A DNA stretch of 64,000 nt from assembly GCA_046350615.1 (NCBI GenBank), contig JAXMAA010000001.1:268263-332262 (forward strand), read 5' to 3'. Shown piece after piece: positions 47,465 to 56,754 of this stretch. Every line of letters begins with the position of its first letter. Positions within the stretch are counted from its first letter, which is position 1. The notes under the pieces were generated by a model. That model had not been told where the DNA came from. It did no database searches and saw only the letters and a program-made list of their open reading frames with translations. The stretch is from Candidatus Saccharimonadales bacterium (lineage in GTDB: Bacteria; Patescibacteriota; Saccharimonadia; Saccharimonadales; UBA7683). A program made the translations under genes and the position numbers.

Positions 47465-47863
47465 TTACCAATTTTTAACAAGAATCGATATCTGCAAAAG
47501 AGTGGCAAAGCTGACCCATAGTAGATATGGAATCTGAGCAAAGCTGACCCATCGGGCTTTGCGCCACATCAAACAGATGATCCATATGATTGTCGTAAGT
47601 ACTACTAAAATATCGAACGTTGCTAGCAGTGGTCGCTGCCAATTGAAAAATAGCGAGGAGTAGAGCGCGTTAGAAATAAGGTTGATTACAAACGGTATTA
47701 GCAGTTGCTTGCCCCATCGTTTTTTGATCAACGTTTGGTAAATTACCCAGCCAAAGCTAATTGTAATAATGATATATAAAAACGGCCAGACAATGCCAAA
47801 AATATTACTCGGCAGTGCAAAGAATGGTTTCGCGAGAGAATTGTAATATTGTTGATAGTTCAT
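47465..47863 (-). CDS. TspO/MBR family membrane protein
   Basis: YNSLAKP, FGIVWPFLY, PYLLWVSFAT. Confidence 0.9.
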   Translation of the reverse strand: MNYQQYYNSLAKPFFALPSNIFGIVWPFLYIIITISFGWVIYQTLIKKRWGKQLLIPFVINLISNALYSSLFFNWQRPLLATFDILVVLTTIIWIICLMWRKARWVSFAQIPYLLWVSFATLLQISILVKNW

Positions 47864-47910
47864 AGCCTTAAGTGTAGCAGTTTCGTGCGCATGCTACACT
47901 TAAGGCTATG
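47861..47910. promoter_or_regulatory. 19-bp perfect inverted repeat forming identical promoter/start sites for two divergent genes
   Basis: CATAGCCTTAAGTGTAGCA-N12-TGCTACACTTAAGGCTATG; each arm reads TG-C-TACACT-7 nt-ATG. Confidence 0.75.
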
Positions 47911-48687
47911 CAGAAATTTACGTTAATTACTGGTGCTACCAGTGGTATTGGACTGGAACTTGCTAAGATTGCGGCTCGTGAAAAACGCAATCTTGTATTG
48001 ATAGCAAGGAGTAAGTCTAAACTTGAAGAGCTGCGGGATCAGATTCTTCGACAGGCCCAGAACGACACACAGCGGGTAGAGATCATGGCACTTGATCTCT
48101 CCAAATCTACCAGCGTCCAGAAGCTGTTTGCATTTTGTGAAAAGAGTAAGATTTTCATAGATGAACTTATTAACAATGCTGGTTTCGGCGATTACGGAAC
48201 GTTTGCTCAGAGCGATGTAAAACGCCAGCTTACTATGATTGATCTCAACATCCGCAGCCTTACCGAGCTCACCCATCTGCTGCTCCCTGCCATGATGGAG
48301 CAAAAAACGGGCAGGATCATGAACCTTGGCTCCGTTGCCAGCTTCCTGCCTGGACCGCTCATGAGCGTTTACTTTGCCAGCAAGAACTACGTGCTCAGTT
48401 TTTCAAGAGCCCTTCACGAAGAGCTGCGTGGCTGCGGCGTAAGTGTTACCTGCCTGTGCCCCGGCGCCACTCAAACCAATTTTGGCAAAAACGCCCAGGT
48501 AAGCGAAACTCATTCCACTGCCAACCCGAAAGTAACCGCACGCGAAGTTGCCGAGTTCGGTTGGTATCACATGCAAGCCGGCGACCCAATTGCAATCTAT
48601 GGCCGCGGCAACCGCACACTTCTACAAATAGTTAAATTCATCCCGAGAAACCTCCTCACAAGGCTGATAAAGCATATTCAAAAGTAA
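47908..48687 (+). CDS. short-chain dehydrogenase/reductase with a short RPE-derived insert
   Basis: TGATSGIG, NNAGFG, YFASK; insert AGATTCTTCGACAGGCCCAGAACGAC (48041-48066) encodes QILRQAQND. Confidence 0.92.
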   Translation: MQKFTLITGATSGIGLELAKIAAREKRNLVLIARSKSKLEELRDQILRQAQNDTQRVEIMALDLSKSTSVQKLFAFCEKSKIFIDELINNAGFGDYGTFAQSDVKRQLTMIDLNIRSLTELTHLLLPAMMEQKTGRIMNLGSVASFLPGPLMSVYFASKNYVLSFSRALHEELRGCGVSVTCLCPGATQTNFGKNAQVSETHSTANPKVTAREVAEFGWYHMQAGDPIAIYGRGNRTLLQIVKFIPRNLLTRLIKHIQK

Positions 48688-48701
48688 GCCTTAGCGGCCA
48701 C

Positions 48702-49445
48702 TCACTTATTGATCTTGTCGTCCAGGTGCCGAATAGCATCCTTGAACTTTTCATTTACATCTTGGGCAAAAGGGTTTTCATGCATAATAGACATAAATAA
48801 ATCCCAACTGTCTTGCCCTTGAATATTTTTCATATCAAGGAGATCGTCATAGGCTAGCGTACTGAGCTCGCTATTTGGTATCTCCATAACATCCATTAAG
48901 CGCCCGACGTAATGGCTCAGCCCTTGTACGTAGGCCATCTCCTTATCATGCTGTTCTGGGGTTCGGCGTAAAACTTGAAGCTTCAGCTTAGATTGTAAGA
49001 ACTGTTCAAGTTCGGCAATCACCGCATCAGAAGCACGTACAGAGCTAACGACACAACGCAAGCCCTTGATGCCTCCGTTCTTGGCAATACTGGCAGGGCC
49101 AAACATCGGATGCGTACCAATAATCTGACAGGTATTCGGGAGGTGGTGCTCGAGAGCCTTTAGCGGCAACACTTTGACAGATGATACATCTATCACAGTT
49201 GCCTCAGGGTTTACAAGTTTGCGGTGCTGAGAAAAGAACAAATCAAAGAACTGAGCGGGGATAGAGGGAACGATTATCGGGCACGACAGAACATCCTCCA
49301 CGGGTGCGAAAGAAGCGCCGAAACCAGCCGCACCCGTTTGAGATGAACGAGAGCTCACGAGAATATCTGCGAAAGGAGCAAGGTACTCCAGCATCACTTT
49401 TGTGAAATCACCGTAACCAACAATACCTATTTGAAACTTACTCAT
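48702..49445 (-). CDS. prephenate/arogenate dehydrogenase family protein
   Basis: GIVGYGDF Rossmann motif, DVSSVK, THPMFGP, EQHDKEMAYVQGLSH. Confidence 0.85.
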   Translation of the reverse strand: MSKFQIGIVGYGDFTKVMLEYLAPFADILVSSRSSQTGAAGFGASFAPVEDVLSCPIIVPSIPAQFFDLFFSQHRKLVNPEATVIDVSSVKVLPLKALEHHLPNTCQIIGTHPMFGPASIAKNGGIKGLRCVVSSVRASDAVIAELEQFLQSKLKLQVLRRTPEQHDKEMAYVQGLSHYVGRLMDVMEIPNSELSTLAYDDLLDMKNIQGQDSWDLFMSIMHENPFAQDVNEKFKDAIRHLDDKINK

Positions 49446-49699
49446 ACGAAACCTTTTGGTATATCGTTATCTTTCTGGCGGAACACACGGGTCTGGAACT
49501 TGTCCGCTGTCTCATATTCTAGCAGTTTTAAGATGAAAGTGAGACAAATGAGACACAGGACACCACATACAACAGTGTCTCATTTTTGATAAACTAACAG
49601 GGTGATAATATTGCTCATGAAAATTGCTAGAATCTATAGTATATGCTGTTGATACTCAAATATTCGAACTTGCCTTATATTAAGTGGCTGTGAGAAGTA

Positions 49700-50149
49700 T
49701 TATTCGGAAAGTGTTGCATGCTTGTTCCTGTGAAGCTGAGCAAGCATCAACCCTGTTATCACCATAAACGATACGAATGACATAAACGGGATTGTAATGA
49801 AGCCAAACCAGTTGATCTGTGGTACAGCACAAGAGCTATCTATGGAACATGTCGTGATTACTTCCTTGATAATACCCCACTGTAACAATGAGTGATAGAA
49901 AGCAATCAGAGATCCGATGATACTCATAGGCAGTACGTAATAAGCGGTATTGCTATCTTTTCGATATACCCCAACACCTAGAACAAAAGCTAGCGGGAAC
50001 ATGAAGATTCTTTGATACCAACACAGTGCGCACGGAGTCAAATGCATGGCTTCACTTAGTATCATACTACCGAATGTTGCTCCCAGAGCTACTAACCAAG
50101 TGAGTAGCGTTATGTCACTAAAAATCCACTTGGTAATTTTGCGTATCAT
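49700..50149 (-). CDS. disulfide bond formation protein DsbB/BdbC
   Basis: PCALCWYQRIFMFP, second Cys pair, four TMs. Confidence 0.92.
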   Translation of the reverse strand: MIRKITKWIFSDITLLTWLVALGATFGSMILSEAMHLTPCALCWYQRIFMFPLAFVLGVGVYRKDSNTAYYVLPMSIIGSLIAFYHSLLQWGIIKEVITTCSIDSSCAVPQINWFGFITIPFMSFVSFMVITGLMLAQLHRNKHATLSE

Positions 50150-50167
50150 GTTAACCCCATTCTACTA

Positions 50168-51340
50168 TTATTTACAGATTGAACAAACTTCTTCATCAAC
50201 AAACCCATATCGCCACACCGTTACGGCTTTTAAAAAAGGTAGAAAAGTTAGATACAGCTTTAGGTCGGCTAGTCGGCGTAAAAGCCAGCCTAGCCGTCCA
50301 TAAATACGTACTCTACCCCAAAGCACGGCTGCCCAACGTGCTCCCACCGGAATGGCGTATATAGGTTGCCTAGGCTTATAGGCATGCAGAGACTTCCCTT
50401 TTTCTTGTCGTATCAAGTTTCTAACCACAAATCTGGCATCATAAAGAGCGGTTTGAGCCATGCCACTATATTCGGTTACAGCGCTGTCACCAATTACGTA
50501 AATATCAGGGTCTGATTGAAGGTATTCATCTACTACCACACGGTTGGCTTTGCCTAGTTTAAATATTGCAGGAAATTGACTGAAGAACGAATTATTGGCA
50601 ACCCCAGCCGTCCATATAACAGTGTGGGAAAGAATCGGACCTTTAGGTAGTTGAATGCTATCGAGAGTCTCAGATTTTACTGGTGTGTTAAATAAAGTCT
50701 TCACACCAAGTTTATTAAGACGTTTTGTAACAATTTTTGAAAAATCTTTGGGCATTGCCACTAATGCTCGCGGACTAGCTTCTACCAGGTCTACCGTAAA
50801 CGAGGTTGTAATGTTATGTTTGCGGCGAATAGTCTGTAAATATGCTGTTAGCTCGGCACTGAGCTCCACGCCAGTTGCTCCTGCACCAATGACCACATAA
50901 TTGCGTTCAGACTCAGCTGAAAGGAGCTGTTCGTGTAGGTGACGCTTTAGCTTTAAGGCTTCGTGGATAGTTTTAACACCGTAGGCAAAATCTTTTAGCC
51001 CACCAATTGCGTAATACTCTGTTACGTTACCGAGTGCAAAAATCAGAAAATCATATTCGTATTTTGAGCCAGATTCACCAATTAACCTTCGTTCGTTTTT
51101 GATTATACCACTGATAGTGTCTTCAATTACTTCAATGTTACGTGCGTATCTAAAAAAGTCGTGCAATGGAATAGCAACTTCAAGTGGTGAGCGTCCTGTT
51201 GCCGAACGATATAAGGCGGCGTGGTACTCAAAATAACTTTGCTTGGAAATGAGTTTAACCTCAAAACCCTTCTTATTAGCAAGTAATAATGCAGCACGAA
51301 CTCCCCCGAACCCACCACCAACTACAACCACTCTCGTCAT
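50168..51340 (-). CDS. type II NADH dehydrogenase-like FAD oxidoreductase
   Basis: GGGFGG, GAGATGVELSAEL, IWTAGV, IGD, AQTA. Confidence 0.85.
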   Translation of the reverse strand: MTRVVVVGGGFGGVRAALLLANKKGFEVKLISKQSYFEYHAALYRSATGRSPLEVAIPLHDFFRYARNIEVIEDTISGIIKNERRLIGESGSKYEYDFLIFALGNVTEYYAIGGLKDFAYGVKTIHEALKLKRHLHEQLLSAESERNYVVIGAGATGVELSAELTAYLQTIRRKHNITTSFTVDLVEASPRALVAMPKDFSKIVTKRLNKLGVKTLFNTPVKSETLDSIQLPKGPILSHTVIWTAGVANNSFFSQFPAIFKLGKANRVVVDEYLQSDPDIYVIGDSAVTEYSGMAQTALYDARFVVRNLIRQEKGKSLHAYKPRQPIYAIPVGARWAAVLWGRVRIYGRLGWLLRRLADLKLYLTFLPFLKAVTVWRYGFVDEEVCSICK

Positions 51341-52999
51341 CTAGAATTTCTTTCTCATATGTTTTTTCGAAAACTCAAAATCCGCATCGGTTTTTTTATG
51401 CGGGTTAAATATGTTATCTGGATCAAATAGGCTTTTTAGTTGTTTAAAAATATCTATCATGGCAGAGCTATACATACGTTCAAGCATTGGACCGCGAATT
51501 AAGCCATCATTATGTTCTCCGGATAATGAGCCGTTATGCTCTAGTACCAAATCAGTCACTTCTTCCAAAACAGGGTATATTTTTTTCCGCTCTGATAAAT
51601 CTTGTAAATTCATCAACGGAATAATATGAAAATTGCCATCACCCATATGCCCTGCAACGGTATAGGTCAATTTATTGCGTTCTAAAATTTCGGTTAACTT
51701 TGGCAAAAACTCTGGTAATGTTTCTGGCGGCACAATCAAATCATCAATAAATGGTGCCGTATGCTTACGATTAACGTTTTTTCTTAGTAAATTAAAGCTC
51801 TCTCGGCGCATGACCCAAAACTTTTCTTCTTGGTGTTTGTTTTCAGCCAGTTGAGTCTCAATATTTCTGCCCTGCATCGTTTCTTGCAAATGGTGAATTT
51901 TGATATCGATATCAGATTGTTTTTCATCCTCAAATTCGCAGAGCATAATGATCTTAGGGAAGTTCGGTAAAAAGCGAAGTAAGTGTTTTAAAACCGGGAT
52001 AAAGCTTAGCCCGAGCAATATGAATCGCTTCCAGCCCAGTGTTTGACGAAAACTAAAGAAGAATCTAAATGCAAATTTTAAGGTGTGATCATCGAACGAC
52101 TCCAGGCTAGTTGGTTTAAGGGGCAAGATATCATTAATGATCTCCCCGAGGTTGTCTAGACTCTTCAGAAAAACAACAACCATGCCAGATAATGGCAGAG
52201 CTGGTACAAGTTTAAAAGTAACTTCAGTTACAAGACCTAACGTACCTTGAGACCCAACTATAACTTTGGTTATATCAAATACTTGCCCATCCCAAACGTC
52301 CCACAGGTTATAAGCGGTTGAGTTTTTACTAACCTTTGGTTTTGAATCCTTAAGAATCACTCCATTTTCTGTCACTAACTTATACACTCCTCGATATAGA
52401 TCACCCTCAAAGCCTTGTTGTTTCAATTTTATCTTTAGAGCCTCTTTGCTGATCGGATTAAATGTGTGTTCTTTGCCGTCGCTAAGTACGACTTTAAGCT
52501 GTTCTATGTACCTGTCGGTCTTTCCGTAGACCAGTGATTTTTCACCTCCAGCATTGTTGGCCACCATGCCCCCAACCATACAGAGTTCTCTTGAGGCTGG
52601 GTATGACGGCATCAGTAATCCTTCGCTGAGAGTTTTTGGTTCAAGATCACGATAATACACACCTGGCTGAGACTTTATTTGATTCTTTTCAACTTGTCCT
52701 ACGTCTGTAAAGTAGCGCTCAAAAGCAACAATAATAGAGTCGTTGATAGCCCCTCCGGACATATCCGTGCCACCGCTACGACCAGTTAAGGATAGACCCG
52801 CTGAAGTCTTTTTATGTCTAACCACATACTCAACCAGCTTACAGACATCGGTAGCATCTTTAGGGAAGACAACTAGCTCTGGTTTTATTTCAAACAAACT
52901 GGCGTCATGACTGTAAAAAGCACGGGTCTCAGTACCAGTTACGACATCCCCATCAATGAGCTCTTTTAAGTCGTGGGCGGTATCGGTTGCGGCATTCAT
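51341..52999 (-). CDS. FAD-linked oxidase (GlcD/D-lactate dehydrogenase-like)
   Basis: RSGGT, GGMVANNAGG, GSQGTLG, GHMGDGNFH, SGEHNDG, FDPDNIFNP. Confidence 0.9.
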   Translation of the reverse strand: MNAATDTAHDLKELIDGDVVTGTETRAFYSHDASLFEIKPELVVFPKDATDVCKLVEYVVRHKKTSAGLSLTGRSGGTDMSGGAINDSIIVAFERYFTDVGQVEKNQIKSQPGVYYRDLEPKTLSEGLLMPSYPASRELCMVGGMVANNAGGEKSLVYGKTDRYIEQLKVVLSDGKEHTFNPISKEALKIKLKQQGFEGDLYRGVYKLVTENGVILKDSKPKVSKNSTAYNLWDVWDGQVFDITKVIVGSQGTLGLVTEVTFKLVPALPLSGMVVVFLKSLDNLGEIINDILPLKPTSLESFDDHTLKFAFRFFFSFRQTLGWKRFILLGLSFIPVLKHLLRFLPNFPKIIMLCEFEDEKQSDIDIKIHHLQETMQGRNIETQLAENKHQEEKFWVMRRESFNLLRKNVNRKHTAPFIDDLIVPPETLPEFLPKLTEILERNKLTYTVAGHMGDGNFHIIPLMNLQDLSERKKIYPVLEEVTDLVLEHNGSLSGEHNDGLIRGPMLERMYSSAMIDIFKQLKSLFDPDNIFNPHKKTDADFEFSKKHMRKKF

Positions 53000-53009
53000 A
53001 AAGTTAAGC

Positions 53010-53549
53010 TTATTCTAGTATAGGTAGCCGTTTAACGAGAGGCTGTTTGATCCACCAGTTACGCAAGCCCCAAACCTGATCTTTGTTTGAAGCCAATAAT
53101 CCAAGCAAAATAATCGAGTAGATTATATGCTCGTCAATAATAGGGTTATTTTCTGGCAACAACATTGAGGACCACATCATGATCATTAACAGTACACCAG
53201 AAATTATCGCCAAACGCATACCAATTCCTGCCACTAAAGCAACGCCAATAAGAAGTAGTCCGGCCATAAAAAGCACGTCTACAAATGAATTGCCGGCCAA
53301 ACCCTGATAAAAATCTGCCAGAGGTCCTTTAGTTGCGAATTTTAAAAACCCGGCCGTAGGTGACCCGCCCTGGTACCAGGATTGTTCGCACATCACAGTG
53401 ACTACATTTGTTGAAGCATCTCTACAGGTAGAAAATCCAAGACCAAATAATTTATCAAAAAAAGCCCACAAAAAAGTAAGACCCAAGGCAATCCGCACAC
53501 CTGCCCAAGCATATATTGATTTGTCACTTTTTGATTTTAATATTGTCAT
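53010..53549 (-). CDS. DoxX/DoxD-like membrane protein (thiosulfate:quinone oxidoreductase small-subunit-like)
   Basis: RIALG..FLWAFFDKLFGLG, GGSPT.GFL, NPIIDEHIIY. Confidence 0.8.
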   Translation of the reverse strand: MTILKSKSDKSIYAWAGVRIALGLTFLWAFFDKLFGLGFSTCRDASTNVVTVMCEQSWYQGGSPTAGFLKFATKGPLADFYQGLAGNSFVDVLFMAGLLLIGVALVAGIGMRLAIISGVLLMIMMWSSMLLPENNPIIDEHIIYSIILLGLLASNKDQVWGLRNWWIKQPLVKRLPILE

Positions 53550-53766
53550 CGTTGAAGCCCTCCTTTTATTCCTTATACTTATAAATATACTCTCTTGGGC
53601 GCAATAACGACAGTAAGGAGGTGCAACATGAACAGCCTCGGGTTGCAGTTTTTATACCTTCATCTTCACTTTGAGCTCTCTAGCAATAGACGAGTCATAT
53701 AATGTAATCAAAATCAACCTGTTGTAATGTACATTAGTTTCAGCGACCCACGATTAATGAGATGAT

Positions 53767-54075
53767 GTGTATATGCCAACACCCAAAGTCCAGCGAATGC
53801 TAAAGCGGCTCTTGCTTGATCCTGAGTTTCAAAAACTATGTGCCAAAACACAGGCGGATCAGAAGCTCTTCAACGCAGCTGGTCAGGAATACTCAGCTGA
53901 TGATACGGCAACAATGTATAACTCTACCGACACAGCAAGCACCTGGTACAACGATATCAATCCAGGCAACAGCGTGAGCGGTGTGATCGTCTTCGACCTA
54001 CCAAAAGATCAAACACCAGTGAGTGCGGAACTACATGATAGCGCCTTCTCAAACGGCGTAAAAGTAAACCTGTAA
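53767..54075 (+). pseudogene. DUF4352-like protein, C-terminal fragment
   Basis: QKLFNAAGQEYSAD...INPGNSVSGVIVFDLPK...ELHDSAFSNGVKV; no signal or N-terminal half, and the ORF N-terminus looks unrelated. Confidence 0.65.
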
Positions 54076-54118
54076 TAGGGCTAGACTTACAGGTCACTTG
54101 GCGGTACCTTGTTGATGC

Positions 54119-55453
54119 ATGGAGCAAACCCTCTCTCAACAGGTATCGCAAACACCAAAAACAGCGACTATTCGGTGGTGCCTGTATGCACGTAAATCTT
54201 CCGAGCAAGACGAGCGCCAAGCGCTATCTATCGAACAACAGCTCAAAGAGATGCAACTGCTTGCAGACCACTGGGGCATTGAAATTAGTGAGATACGCCA
54301 AGAAAGCCATTCATCTAAAGTTGCTGGGGCACGACCAATTTTCAACCGGCTTATTAAAGATATTCAACTAGGCTACTTTAATGGAATAATTTCGTGGGCA
54401 CCGGATCGCCTTAGCAGATCAGCGGGTGATCTGGGGGTCTTAGTTGATTTAATGGATCAAGGCAAGCTGGTGGAAATCAGAACCCACAGCCAGACGTTCA
54501 CGAATAATCCGAACGAAAAATTCCTCCTTATGATCCTTGGTTCTCAGGCCAAACTAGAGAACGATAACAGAGGCCTAAACGTAATACGAGGTCTCCACAA
54601 CAAGGCCGCCAATGGCTGGAGGCCAGGACAAGCACCAATTGGCTATCTTAATAATGGGCATGGTGAGGAGAAAATCATTGTAGACGAAGAACGGTCGACA
54701 GTTATTGCAGAAATGTTCGAGCGGGTTGGCAAGCAAGCTCACACAGGGAGAGACATCAAACGTTGGCTAAATGATATAAACTTCCGTAGTCGACAGGGTA
54801 AGCGACTGGCACTAAGCCACATTTACCGAACGTTGCAAAACCCTTTTTACTACGGTAGATTCCAATACCCGAAAACAAATCCTGAGCTATATAACGGCAA
54901 GCATATGCCAATTATTAGCAAAGCTCTGTGGGATGAAGTGCAGATTCAGCTAACGGTAGCACCAAAAGCACCGGCAGGCACCAAAGAATTCAGTTTTACC
55001 AAAATCCTAAAGTGCGGTGTATGCAGAACTGGCATTACCGCTGAAGAAAAACTCAAACGTATTAAGTCAACTGGTGAGATTAGACGCTATGTCTACTACC
55101 ATTGTGGGCGTGCCAATGACCTGGACTGTATTCAGCCCTACATTCGAGAGGGTGAACTGATGAGTGAGCTTCTAAAGCTCGTAGATAGACTCAATTTGGA
55201 TGAAATTGGGGCTCAAGAGCAATTTAAAGATGAACTAGAGCGCTACCAACGGTTTAATGGAGTCCTCGGTTATACAGGCGATGAGTTGATCCAAAAACCA
55301 GCCATAGACCTGAAGGCTTATGCAAAATACGTACTTGAAAACGGAACCAGAGAAGAAAAACGGGAAATCTTAAAGTATGTTGATGGCGAATTACTTCTCA
55401 AAGATCGACAGGTTTATGTCGAGCGAAAACCAAGGCCTAAAATGTTTGACTAA
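54119..55453 (+). CDS. large serine recombinase (resolvase + recombinase + Zn-ribbon domains)
   Basis: YARKSS catalytic Ser, DRLSR, APIGY, L.NPFYYG, H.PIIS..LWDEVQ, C..C...YYHC. Confidence 0.92.
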   Translation: MEQTLSQQVSQTPKTATIRWCLYARKSSEQDERQALSIEQQLKEMQLLADHWGIEISEIRQESHSSKVAGARPIFNRLIKDIQLGYFNGIISWAPDRLSRSAGDLGVLVDLMDQGKLVEIRTHSQTFTNNPNEKFLLMILGSQAKLENDNRGLNVIRGLHNKAANGWRPGQAPIGYLNNGHGEEKIIVDEERSTVIAEMFERVGKQAHTGRDIKRWLNDINFRSRQGKRLALSHIYRTLQNPFYYGRFQYPKTNPELYNGKHMPIISKALWDEVQIQLTVAPKAPAGTKEFSFTKILKCGVCRTGITAEEKLKRIKSTGEIRRYVYYHCGRANDLDCIQPYIREGELMSELLKLVDRLNLDEIGAQEQFKDELERYQRFNGVLGYTGDELIQKPAIDLKAYAKYVLENGTREEKREILKYVDGELLLKDRQVYVERKPRPKMFD

Positions 55454-55589
55454 AGAAGTTCGAATTCTACTCCCCTAAAGAGCGGGAATGGTAATATCCT
55501 GGCCTTTTCATCGTATTTTGGCATAAATTAAAACAACGCCCTCCTATAGTATGCATTTAGGGGAACAGGTCGTTTTAGAACTTTATTCT

Positions 55590-55679
55590 TGGCGGAGAGA
55601 GCGGGATTCGAACCCGCGATTGCGTTGCCACAATACACGCTTTCCAAGCGTGCTCCTTCAACCACTCGGACACCTCTCC
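55590..55679 (-). tRNA. tRNA-Ser(GGA)
   Basis: GGAGAGG acceptor, TTGGAAA anticodon loop, variable arm, GTTCGAATC, GCCA end. Confidence 0.95.
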
Positions 55680-55899
55680 GCGTCAGCGTTCACTTCAAGT
55701 TTCAGTTTCAGACTAAAGCCTAGAAGCCTTCGCATTCCGTTACGCCTCCTTTCAAATTGAAAAAGTCGCCCTTGGCTTTGTTTTTCAATTTGGTGGTTTT
55801 ACTATACACGATTCACCACTCACGAACAACGAAACTAACAGATGAAAACCGGTACGCTTATGGTTGGTTTATGCTTTTTACTGCGCTACAATAAAGGCA

Positions 55900-56754
55900 A
55901 TGAATGTTATTGAACTCACCGAAATCAGCCGCGTTTTTGGACTGGGGAATGGCGCCACTCGAGCGCTCAAAGGGGTGAATTTGAGCGTGCCAAAGGGTGA
56001 GTTTTTGGTAATCATGGGGCCAAGCGGATCTGGTAAAAGCACGCTGCTCAATATTATTGGCCTGCTTGATCAGCCGGATGACGGCGAATACAAGCTCGAC
56101 GGCCGCGATGTAGCCTTTTTAAGCCAACGCCGCCGCGCCAAAATTCGCCGCAATCATATTGGCTTTATTTTTCAGAACTTCAACCTGATCGGCCGGATGA
56201 ATATTTTAGAGAACGTCAGCCTGCCGCTCCTCTACAAAGGCATCGCTACCATCAAACGATATGAACGCGCCAGTGAAATTTTGAGATATCTTGGCATTCA
56301 AGAAAAAGAGTATTACCTGCCAAACCAGCTTTCTGGCGGCCAGCTGCAACGCGCAGCCATCGCCCGTGCCATGGTTAATCGCCCAAGTATTGTGCTAGCT
56401 GATGAGCCAACTGGCAATCTCGACACCAAGGCTACGAAAATTATCATGGCAGCCCTAAGAGAGATTCACGAAGCCGGCAACACTATCGTCATGGTCACGC
56501 ATAATCCAGATCTTGCCGCGTATGGTGATCGTGTTATAAAAATGCTCGATGGCCGCATTACCGAAGAGCTAACGGGTAGCTCAATCACTAAGGACTTACA
56601 GGAGCAGAAGAAAGAGGCGGAAGAGATTGTGAAAGCCGCAACTAGCCTGGCAGTCAGAAAGCCAAGAAGGAAGAAGGCTGCACACAGTAAGCAGATAAGG
56701 GATAAGAAGAAAGCCAAGAAGACAGGTTCGCGCAGAAAAGGGGCCAAGAAATGA
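55900..56754 (+). CDS. MacB/LolD-type ABC transporter ATP-binding protein with Lys-rich tail
   Basis: [26 protein letters not shown]; TACAAT 7 nt before ATG. Confidence 0.93.
   Translation: MNVIELTEISRVFGLGNGATRALKGVNLSVPKGEFLVIMGPSGSGKSTLLNIIGLLDQPDDGEYKLDGRDVAFLSQRRRAKIRRNHIGFIFQNFNLIGRMNILENVSLPLLYKGIATIKRYERASEILRYLGIQEKEYYLPNQLSGGQLQRAAIARAMVNRPSIVLADEPTGNLDTKATKIIMAALREIHEAGNTIVMVTHNPDLAAYGDRVIKMLDGRITEELTGSSITKDLQEQKKEAEEIVKAATSLAVRKPRRKKAAHSKQIRDKKKAKKTGSRRKGAKK

Larger units (their letters stand above)
49476..55592. mobile_element. putative genomic island integrated at the tRNA-Ser(GGA) 3' end
   Basis: Large serine recombinase adjacent to the tRNA 3' end; degenerate copy of that end at 49476-49499; AT-richer cargo; truncated gene at 53767-54075. 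Confidence 0.55.

Noticed and set aside
55551-55760. 69-aa ORF next to the recombinase
   Set aside because: It is the antisense reading of tRNA-Ser(GGA) (WRRERDSNPR is the typical tRNA shadow).
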